A stretch of DNA of 64,000 bases, from positions 32,884 through 96,883 of the forward strand of contig JBHGBI010000001.1 in the NCBI GenBank assembly GCA_041946925.1, given 5' to 3'. The notes beneath the pieces are model-generated. The model saw nothing but the letters and a program-made list of their open reading frames with translations, ran no database searches and was not told the DNA's origin. How positions within the stretch are numbered: position 1 is the first letter of the stretch; each line of letters starts with the position of its first letter. Below, piece after piece: positions 38,312 through 45,685 of the stretch. The position numbers were made by a program, and so were the translations under genes. The DNA comes from Syntrophales bacterium (GTDB taxonomy: Bacteria > Desulfobacterota > Syntrophia > Syntrophales > UBA4778).

Positions 38312-39607
38312 TCAGTTCCTCAATATCTCTCTTGATCCGGCATCTGATTTTTTCCGGGCGGGTGCCTGTGGATATCGATTCACACATTCCTGCAAAGGCC
38401 GGCGGCGGATCGATTTGCCCATTCGAGCGGCCGTGAAGAGATAGAGGGCGAAAACATAAACCCCCGCCGCCCCCGCCAAGACAAACCAGTCCAGGTGATT
38501 GATAACTGCCAGGACAAATACCAGGTATGCAAAATCCCGGTTCACGAAAAGAGCGATCGGCCGGGCCACCCTGGAAGTTCCCGGCTTGTCGGGACGATGG
38601 CCGGTCACTTTATGGACTGCAAACAGGCAAAGTGCAAAACCACCGAGAAGCCACACCAGGAAATGAATATAGATTGAATCGTATGTGGCGCGGTAGAGGC
38701 CCACGGCCATGCCGATAAAGACAGCCGCATGCACTACATTATCACCTATAATATCCAGGTAATGCCCGAAGCTGGTTTCTCTGAGATTCAGCCGCGCCAC
38801 CTCGCCGTCGACTCCGTCGGCAACGACTGAGCACAGAAAGAGGAAGGCACCCGCCAGCTGCCATTTATACTCCCCGATCCCGAGGAAAAGGGCACCAATA
38901 ACGCCGGTGATAATATTGAAAAGAGTGATTCCATTCGGTGAAACCTGAAGTCCGGCAAGCTTCGCGCTTATACAACGGGAAAGCGGCCGCCCGACGAGGC
39001 GGGCCAGGTAGCCGTATTCATGCTCGTTCGTGGCGAGTCGCAAGGCATTCAAAAGCCTTTTTTCGGCGGCGTCGACTCCAACGCCGTTCTTCCCGATTCG
39101 GAAAGGAAGCCCCGGAGTAACCCTTACCCTTTCGCCCGTAACCGGTTCTCCGGAATAGATGCCGGAATGAATCCAGTATTTATCCAGTATCTGGACCAGT
39201 TTGCCCGCCTTTGCGGTGTAGACGCCCATCGAGCACTCCGCGTTTTCCTCGTCATCACTCGCGCAGAAGACGATATCCGCGCTGCTTTCCGCACAAAGCA
39301 TGACGGCAAGCGACGGGCGATCGATTACATGGGCGGAATCCATCACCAGTACCCTGTCTTCTTTCCTGACGTCCAGCCCTTCGATAATCGGAATCAACTC
39401 AGAAATATCGGTGACCACGTGCAGCATGCCGGCGGGAACAAGATCGGAAACCGTTGCGGAAATAAACCCGGCTCGACTTACTATGTGCATGGCTGTATCA
39501 GGACAGGCCTGCCTACCTAAAATCACGAGCCGGCGGAGCGCGGGCACGCCAAAAACGGGAGTGGTACAGCGGTCGTCGACAGCCAATATCAGTATAGCTT
39601 TCACCAT
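38312..39607 (-). CDS. CDP-alcohol phosphatidyltransferase family protein with an N-terminal nucleotidyltransferase-like cytoplasmic domain (IPCT/DIPPS-like architecture)
   Basis: The C-terminal half carries the D-G-x2-A-R-x8-G-x3-D-x3-D signature (DGVDGEVARLNLRETSFGHYLDIIGDNVVH) within multiple TM helices. The N-terminal ~190 aa resemble a GT-A/NTP-transferase fold (AILILAVDDRCTTPVFGVPALRRLV) but lack the G-x-G-T-R loop. Confidence 0.7.
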   Translation of the reverse strand: MVKAILILAVDDRCTTPVFGVPALRRLVILGRQACPDTAMHIVSRAGFISATVSDLVPAGMLHVVTDISELIPIIEGLDVRKEDRVLVMDSAHVIDRPSLAVMLCAESSADIVFCASDDEENAECSMGVYTAKAGKLVQILDKYWIHSGIYSGEPVTGERVRVTPGLPFRIGKNGVGVDAAEKRLLNALRLATNEHEYGYLARLVGRPLSRCISAKLAGLQVSPNGITLFNIITGVIGALFLGIGEYKWQLAGAFLFLCSVVADGVDGEVARLNLRETSFGHYLDIIGDNVVHAAVFIGMAVGLYRATYDSIYIHFLVWLLGGFALCLFAVHKVTGHRPDKPGTSRVARPIALFVNRDFAYLVFVLAVINHLDWFVLAGAAGVYVFALYLFTAARMGKSIRRRPLQECVNRYPQAPARKKSDAGSREILRN

Positions 39608-39874
39608 GGCCTTTTCAACCCAGCTTGAACTTGCGATGATAATAAAAAGGCTTCGGATAATTTCATCTTAGGATAAAAGAGAAAAAAAACAATCAGGGGA
39701 ATGCTTATAACTGTCAGAATCCGCGGACTGCTCAAAAAACCTGTTCCGCACGCTTGATCCGGTCAACAGCTGCTAAGGGAAATAGAATGCGAAAATCAGT
39801 GATGCCCTGATGATCATATCGACCTGCGCCATGGGACAGCCTGCATGCTCGTCGGGGATGAGGACCTGATTGCT

Positions 39875-40957
39875 TCAATGAGTTCCATAGATCACCTCTT
39901 CTATGACGCCGCCGCCCAGAACGATATCTCCGTCATAAAGCACCACCGACTGACCGGGGGTAATGGCTTCCTGCGCCTCTTCAAACATTACCTCGAGTTT
40001 ACCCCCTTTGATTGCAGCTATGCAGCGTGCCTCCTTTTTCCTGTACCTGATCTTGCCGTAAACTTGAGAAGGCCAATTCCCGACAAGGACATTGAGGTCT
40101 CCTGCCACGAGTCCCTTCGCCATGACATCCTTTTTCCCGCCAACAACGATTCGGTTTCCCGCCACGTCTATAGAAACCACGTAGAACGGCGACTTCGCGC
40201 TGATGCCGAGACCTTCCCGCTGGCCGATGGTGTAAAAAACGATTCCTTTGTGCTCTCCGAGCTTCTTTCCTGTCAGGTCGACAATCGGGCCGGGCCTGAT
40301 TCCCCCAATGCGCTGCGAGAGGAAGGTTCCGTAATTCTTCTGTGTCACGAAACAGATATCCTGACTTTCCTCTTTTGCCGCCACGGGCAGTTTCTCCCGT
40401 AGGGCAATCTTTCTCACCTCTTCTTTTGTGAAAGGGGCGAGCGGAAAAAGGATCGATCCGAGGGCATCATGTGGAATGGGATACAGGAAATACGTCTGAT
40501 CTTTCCTCCTGTCCCGCGGTCTCTTGAGGACATAGCCCCCCTCGCTTTTTTCAATCCACGCATAGTGCCCTGTCGCCAGGAAATCGAATCCCAGGAACTT
40601 TGCTTTCTCGAGAAGGCTTCCGAACTTGAGGTGCCGGTTGCAGTCCACACACGGGTTGGGAGTTCTCCCTTTCCGATATTCATCGATGAAACGGCCGATG
40701 ACCTTTTCTTCAATATCTGCGGCATAGTCCAGGACGTAATGAGAAATGCCGAGCTTTTCACAGACCCTGCGCGCATCCCCAAGGGCATCGGCTCCGCAAC
40801 AGCGGGCCTTTTCATCCCCAGCCTCTTTCACGCCGAGACACATGGTCACGCCGGCGATGCCGTAACCCTGCTCTTTCAGCAGAAACGCAGCGACAGATGA
40901 ATCGACTCCGCCGCTCATGGCGACTAAAACTTTTGCTTTTTTCTTTTCCTCCGTCAT
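39875..40957 (-). CDS. mnmA: tRNA 2-thiouridine(34) synthase MnmA
   Basis: PP-loop VAMSGGVDSSVAA and the conserved CVDCN and HYAWI regions. 360 aa. Confidence 0.9.
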   Translation of the reverse strand: MTEEKKKAKVLVAMSGGVDSSVAAFLLKEQGYGIAGVTMCLGVKEAGDEKARCCGADALGDARRVCEKLGISHYVLDYAADIEEKVIGRFIDEYRKGRTPNPCVDCNRHLKFGSLLEKAKFLGFDFLATGHYAWIEKSEGGYVLKRPRDRRKDQTYFLYPIPHDALGSILFPLAPFTKEEVRKIALREKLPVAAKEESQDICFVTQKNYGTFLSQRIGGIRPGPIVDLTGKKLGEHKGIVFYTIGQREGLGISAKSPFYVVSIDVAGNRIVVGGKKDVMAKGLVAGDLNVLVGNWPSQVYGKIRYRKKEARCIAAIKGGKLEVMFEEAQEAITPGQSVVLYDGDIVLGGGVIEEVIYGTH

Positions 40958-41023
40958 AGATTACTTCCTGTAAACCGCTAAAGACCCTTAGACAAGCTCA
41001 GGGTTTCATGTCTTTCACCTTTC

Positions 41024-41461
41024 TCATATCTGGTGCGTCATCGCCTGTTCCGTCTTCTGCCGGTTCATCCGGACCAGTTGTTCCAGGGTGACCGAACTGA
41101 GGGCTTCTGAAATCTTGCCCCCCACCATCGCCCAGACATCCCGACTTGCACAGGTCGGTACCCTGGAACAGATAGAGGGATCCTTGACACAATCCACAAG
41201 ACAATTCCCTTCAAGGACTTCCACAATCTCTTTCAGGGTGATCTGATCGGGCAGCCTGGCCAGGTTATAGCCTCCATGGGCTCCTCTTGTGGAATTAACG
41301 AGCCCGACGGCTCGGAGGGGAATAATGATAAGGCTCAGATATTTCTCGGATATTTCTTCCTCCCGGGCAATGTCCCGCAAATAAACGGGCCCTTTTCCGT
41401 AATTCCGTGCCAATGCCAGCATCATCCTGACCCCGTACCGGGCTCTTGTCGAAAGCTTCAT
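41024..41461 (-). CDS. Rrf2 family transcriptional regulator (IscR/CymR-like, three-Cys cluster ligands)
   Basis: MKLSTRARYGVRMMLALA wHTH N-terminus, with Cys residues in CLVDCVKDPSICSRVPTC. Confidence 0.85.
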   Translation of the reverse strand: MKLSTRARYGVRMMLALARNYGKGPVYLRDIAREEEISEKYLSLIIIPLRAVGLVNSTRGAHGGYNLARLPDQITLKEIVEVLEGNCLVDCVKDPSICSRVPTCASRDVWAMVGGKISEALSSVTLEQLVRMNRQKTEQAMTHQI

Positions 41462-41554
41462 AATCACACCCTATTTTAATCGCTACATATGCTATCGTTT
41501 TAGTAGTATAAAAGACATGCGATGAATGTTGTCAAGAGCAAATTTCGTAACTGA

Positions 41555-41608
41555 TTGTAAACCGTTTCAAAAATATTGGTTGACATAAAGGTTGTTTTCC
41601 CTTAATCA
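41555..41608 (+). promoter_or_regulatory. BirA-type bio operator overlapping the bioB promoter
   Basis: TTGTAAACC (41555-41563), a 14-nt spacer, then GGTTGACAT (41578-41586). This compares with the E. coli bioO half-sites TTGTAAACC / GGTTTACAA. TTGACA (41580-41585)-N17-TAATCA (41603-41608) forms the promoter. Confidence 0.5.
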
Positions 41609-41688
41609 ATGCCTGTCCGAAAAGACGAGTTTGAAGGCTCAGGATAGGGACACCGTTCAGGTGTCTGCAAAAGGAGTGGAGGTTGACC

Positions 41689-42675
41689 ATGGATTCCTTT
41701 ATCGAGACGATGAAAGAAAGAGCCTTACAGAGGCAGGCGATCGGTGCCGAGGATGCTTTCCGGCTCTTTGACAACGGGGAAAAACATCCTTTTTATATTA
41801 TGGCTGCAGCCTCAGAAATCAGGGAGCATTTCAAAGGAAAGACCATCAAACTCTGCAGCATTGTGAACGCAAAATCGGGGCGCTGTTCGGAAAATTGTAC
41901 GTTCTGCGCCCAGTCAGCCCACTACAAGACAGATGCTCCTGTCTATCCGCTCCTATCAGCCGAAAAAATCATTCAAGAGGCTGACAGCGCGGCAGAAAGC
42001 GGCGCCCACTTCTTCGGGATCGTGACGAGCGGCAAACGGGTATCGGGCCGGAAAGAATGGCAGGTAATCCACGAAGCAGTCCGGGGAATTAGCGGCTTGG
42101 GTCTGAAGCCCTGCGCCTCCCTCGGCATTATCGACCGAAAAAAGGCCCTGGAATTGAAGGAGGCCGGACTCTACCGCTACCATCACAACCTGGAGACAGC
42201 GCGGAGCTTCTTCCGGAATATCTGCACGACCCACGATTATGAAGAGGACGTCGAAACGGTGCGCGCGGCGAAGGATGCCGGGCTTTCCACCTGCTGCGGG
42301 GGTCTGATCGGCCTCGGCGAAGATATCGGCCACCGGATCGAGCTTGCTCTGACATTGAAGGAACTTGATGTGGATTCCGTCCCGGTCAATATCCTCAATC
42401 CCATCCCCGGGACACCCCTTGCCGGTGCAGCGTCTTTGTCACCCCTGGAAATTCTCCTGACGATCGCGATTTTCAGGTTTATTTTGCCTGAAAGAGATAT
42501 TAAGCTCTGCGGCGGCAAAGAGAAAAATTTGAGGCAGCTCCTGCCGCTCGGAATCGTCGCCGGGTGCAACTCGCTCATGACGGGAAATTACCTGACGACC
42601 CTGGGGAGGAACACAGCACTCGACATTGAGATGATAAAGGATCTGGGGTTGGAGTGGCGAATAAGTGAGCGATAA
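41689..42675 (+). CDS. bioB: biotin synthase BioB
   Basis: Radical SAM motif CSENCTFC, YHHNLET, and overall BioB colinearity. The ATG follows GGAGTGGAGG. Confidence 0.9.
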   Translation: MDSFIETMKERALQRQAIGAEDAFRLFDNGEKHPFYIMAAASEIREHFKGKTIKLCSIVNAKSGRCSENCTFCAQSAHYKTDAPVYPLLSAEKIIQEADSAAESGAHFFGIVTSGKRVSGRKEWQVIHEAVRGISGLGLKPCASLGIIDRKKALELKEAGLYRYHHNLETARSFFRNICTTHDYEEDVETVRAAKDAGLSTCCGGLIGLGEDIGHRIELALTLKELDVDSVPVNILNPIPGTPLAGAASLSPLEILLTIAIFRFILPERDIKLCGGKEKNLRQLLPLGIVAGCNSLMTGNYLTTLGRNTALDIEMIKDLGLEWRISER

Positions 42676-42741
42676 AAGGATTCAAGCAAAAGTATTCACA
42701 ACCCACTGTCACTGCGGGGAGCCGCCCGAAAGGCGGCCGAT

Positions 42742-43011
42742 GTGGTATCAAGTATCACGTTATTTCATCTCTCGCTGCTAAAAATTATAGAAGACATAGG
42801 AGTATCAGTAAAAGTTCATAACATCGAAAAGGATGGTGACGAACTCTTTTCCCGGTTTCCGTCCGCAGGGGAACTTTTAAAGGAATTCGGACCGGGAATC
42901 ACCCCGATTCTGACCCTGAACGACGAAGTGGTAGCGATGGGGGTGGCGACCCCGGAAGACGTGCGGTCCGTAATCAATGAAAAATTAGGCCAATGGAAAG
43001 GAGATGCATAG
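42742..43011 (+). CDS. thioredoxin-fold (ArsD/MTH895-like) small protein, N-terminally incomplete in this frame (possible frameshift)
   Basis: 89-aa ORF starting at GTG. The segment VKVHNIEKDGDELF...ITPILTLNDEVVAMGVATPEDV resembles the C-terminal two thirds of small thioredoxin-fold proteins. The expected N-terminal Cys motif (THCHCG) lies upstream in another frame. Confidence 0.35.
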   Translation: MVSSITLFHLSLLKIIEDIGVSVKVHNIEKDGDELFSRFPSAGELLKEFGPGITPILTLNDEVVAMGVATPEDVRSVINEKLGQWKGDA

Positions 43012-43173
43012 ATGCCCACCTACGAGTACATTTGTATGGATTGCAAAGAGAAGATGGAAATTTTTGCATCCATTGATCAGAAAGAAAAAGGACTGGACTT
43101 AAAATGCTCCAAATGCGGCGGCCTGATTTTGCAGAATTGTATTAATAAAAGTGCTATAAAAGTCCGCCGGTAA
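43012..43173 (+). CDS. FmdB family zinc-ribbon protein
   Basis: Absent from the ORF track (53 aa). Manual translation gives MPTYEYICMDCKEKMEIFASIDQKEKGLDLKCSKCGGLILQNCINKSAIKVRR. It has the MP-x-YEY-x-C-x-x-C ... C-x-x-CGG signature. Confidence 0.6.
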   Translation: MPTYEYICMDCKEKMEIFASIDQKEKGLDLKCSKCGGLILQNCINKSAIKVRR

Positions 43174-43256
43174 GAGTTCCGGACGAGTTTGGCGCTTATC
43201 TCACCATAGTATGCAAAAGGTAAATAGGCCGAATGTCCGTCCGCGTCCGGGTGTTG

Positions 43257-43402
43257 CCCCGGGTTCAGAGTCCGGGGTTCCGAGTTGCAGAAAAGAACGG
43301 TAGATGCCGGTAAGACGTCAGGCTCACTCTACACGCATTTCATCCTGACGCTTGTTTTTCAAAACTCTGGACTCAGGACTCTGAACCCGAGGGCTGTTTT
43401 TT
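43257..43402. repeat. long imperfect inverted repeat / extended hairpin with T-tract in a convergent intergenic region
   Basis: GGGTTCAGAGTCC (43261-43273) is the exact reverse complement of GGACTCTGAACCC (43376-43388), and the flanking arms are partly complementary. There is an inner hairpin CGTCAGG (43314-43320) / CCTGACG (43344-43350). A T-run lies at 43396-43402. Confidence 0.45.
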
Positions 43403-43475
43403 CATTTCGTCTTTAACTTATTTTCCTGCTTTTTCAATCGTTCGAACAGCCTTTTAAAGCGGATGTTTTTCGGCA

Positions 43476-44966
43476 TCATTTGCCCGTCAGGCTTCGCGCG
43501 GCGATCCGGCCGAAAACAAGAGCCTTGCCGAAGGCCGTTCCAGTCATGTACGCGGCGCCGTGGAATCCTCCGATCACCTCTCCGGCGGCATACAATCTGG
43601 GTATGGCGTTGCCGAAAATGTCCACGACCCTGGTCTTGTCGTCGATCAGTATCCCACCGTAGGTCCCGAGGATCACGGCGGTCGACGGGAAGCCGTAAAA
43701 CGGCGGCTTGTATATCTTTACGGGCTTGCCGAAGCTTGCCACAAGGGTCGTCCTGCCGAACTGCGGGTCGATCCCCTTCTCCACGTTGGCATTGTAATCG
43801 CGGACGGTTTCCTCGAGGTTCTGCGCGGGGATGTTCAGCTTCCGGGCCAGCTCGCCCAGGGTCGGGGCGCTGTAAATCCGGTTCTGCTTCTCCAGGTCGA
43901 TTATCCGGTTGAGAGGATCCTTGAGGGCGGCCTCCCGGATGGCTGAATCGTATATCTGAAAGCCGATCGCATCGGGCTGCACCAGGGCTGCGTCTCCAAC
44001 CAGCTTGTAAGATTTGGATTCATTGACGAACCGTTTGCCTTCTTTGTTCACGATTATCGCGCCGGCATAGAAAACCAGGGCGAAATCGGTCGAGATCGAT
44101 TTGGGATTGGGAGCGAATCCAAAGGTGGCCTTGATGTAAGGCATGTCCTCGATATCCGACCCGTAGGCCCAGGCCATTTTCAATCCGTCCCCGTTGCTCC
44201 CAGGTCCAACCAGGGCCTGGGCGAACGCCATGGGAGGGACGAACTTGGCGAGCAGTTTCTTGTTCAGCGAGAAACCGCCGCTCGTAAGGATTACACCACG
44301 CCGCGCGCCGTAGTTCATCTTTTTGCCTTTTCTCTCCACGATGACCCCCCGGATGTCGCCGTTGTCATCGGCTATGAGCCTCGTGACCGGCGAGTCGACC
44401 ATTATCCTTGTACCCATGGATTTCGCCTTGTCGCTCAGGGTCTTGATCACCTGCGGAGGCGAGACATAGTGCGCCCGCGGCACGCTCATTCCGCTTGCGA
44501 TGCCGATTTTGATGAACTTGATGCCCATTTTCTTCAGCCAGTAATATGTATCGAGCTGGTTGTCCACGTACGCTTTTACGAGCGAGGGCACGTTCACATT
44601 GTCCCCCACTTTCATAATATCCTTGTAAAGCAGTTCGTTCGAGTCCTTGATATTCTGCTCTTTCTGCATGTCGGTTCCCGCAAAGGCCAGGGCTCCGCCG
44701 CAGATCAGGGAGCTTCCCCCGATCACGGGCATTTTTTCCAGGACAAGAAAGCTCCGGCCCGCTGCTGAGGCGTCCACGGCGGCGGCGAGACCGGCGCCGC
44801 CCGCGCCTACGGCTATGATGTCGAATTCCTGGTCCCATTTTTTCGGTACCCTGGCCATGACCGACGCCGGGTTGAGACCCGCCAGCATGGCTGTCGCACC
44901 CAGGCCCAGTCCGGCGACTTTCACGAAATCGCGCCTGCTGAGGTATTTCCTGTTTTCGCTGTCCAT
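43476..44966 (-). CDS. Tat-exported FAD-dependent oxidoreductase (fumarate reductase / flavocytochrome c flavoprotein-like, FAD_binding_2)
   Basis: Twin-arginine signal LSRRDFVKVAGLGLGATAMLA, dinucleotide-binding motif DIIAVGAGGAGLAAA, and C-terminal LYAAGEVIGGFHG. No haem-binding CxxCH motif. Confidence 0.8.
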   Translation of the reverse strand: MDSENRKYLSRRDFVKVAGLGLGATAMLAGLNPASVMARVPKKWDQEFDIIAVGAGGAGLAAAVDASAAGRSFLVLEKMPVIGGSSLICGGALAFAGTDMQKEQNIKDSNELLYKDIMKVGDNVNVPSLVKAYVDNQLDTYYWLKKMGIKFIKIGIASGMSVPRAHYVSPPQVIKTLSDKAKSMGTRIMVDSPVTRLIADDNGDIRGVIVERKGKKMNYGARRGVILTSGGFSLNKKLLAKFVPPMAFAQALVGPGSNGDGLKMAWAYGSDIEDMPYIKATFGFAPNPKSISTDFALVFYAGAIIVNKEGKRFVNESKSYKLVGDAALVQPDAIGFQIYDSAIREAALKDPLNRIIDLEKQNRIYSAPTLGELARKLNIPAQNLEETVRDYNANVEKGIDPQFGRTTLVASFGKPVKIYKPPFYGFPSTAVILGTYGGILIDDKTRVVDIFGNAIPRLYAAGEVIGGFHGAAYMTGTAFGKALVFGRIAARSLTGK

Positions 44967-45310
44967 ACCGTTTCTCCTTTCTTTATGGATTTATTAGGCC
45001 GTATTTTTCAAAATGACATCGGGCATCGGAAAAGGCAGGCTACGGGAAAGTATTTAAACTTTCCTTTAGACATTAGCCTTGCGCCTGAAGTCCGAAGCCT
45101 GTTTTAGATTTTTCATAATACAACAAGGCACATAGAAAGTATCCTGCGCAATTTCATGAAATGCAAGACCTTTTTACAACAGGCCGCCGTCCAGATTCCG
45201 TAAATTCCAAGGCTGTTCAAGGTCCGGGAACCGAATATTTTTATAGAGCTTTTCTAAAAAAATGCTATGCTAAAATAAATTATACCGCAAAACAGAAAGG
45301 AGGAGGGATT

Positions 45311-45469
45311 ATGCAATACCTAACTTTTATTCTGGCTGTCATTGCTGCTTTTTTTGCGTGCATGCTTGGAAAGGGTGCCGTGGGGGGTGATACGGGCGGT
45401 ACTCTCGTGGCTATCTTTTTTATCCTGACGCTCATCTCCGCAATAGTAACCGGAAGCAAGGCCGCGTAA
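45311..45469 (+). CDS. small two-TM membrane protein (hypothetical)
   Basis: Internal ATG preceded by AAAGGAGGAGGG. MQYLTFILAVIAAFFACMLGKGAVGGDTGGTLVAIFFILTLISAIVTGSKAA shows two hydrophobic helices. Confidence 0.35.
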   Translation: MQYLTFILAVIAAFFACMLGKGAVGGDTGGTLVAIFFILTLISAIVTGSKAA

Positions 45470-45685
45470 CTGAATAAAGAAGGTAAGGCGCCCCGGCACG
45501 GTCTCTGAAGAGGGGGTCGGGGCGCCCGGTATGGACGGCGGCGTCCTTGATTATCGATTTTGCGCGGCAAGCATGTGCTGCAACTCCGCAGTGTATAGAC
45601 TGCCATGTTTGATGATTATCGGTGTATCGACCTCCTTCCCATTTTCTCCTATTGATTTTTCCCCGGCAGGGTATATAAGAAAAAT

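Noticed and set aside
42620-42745. Possible selenocysteine recoding (in-frame TGA plus SECIS-like hairpin) in the small thioredoxin-fold gene, considered because selB is in the window
   Set aside because: The only nearby TGA codons (42627-42629 and 42666-42668) are in the third frame. That frame gives no sensible protein on either side, and the hairpin at 42721-42737 is not positioned after a TGA.
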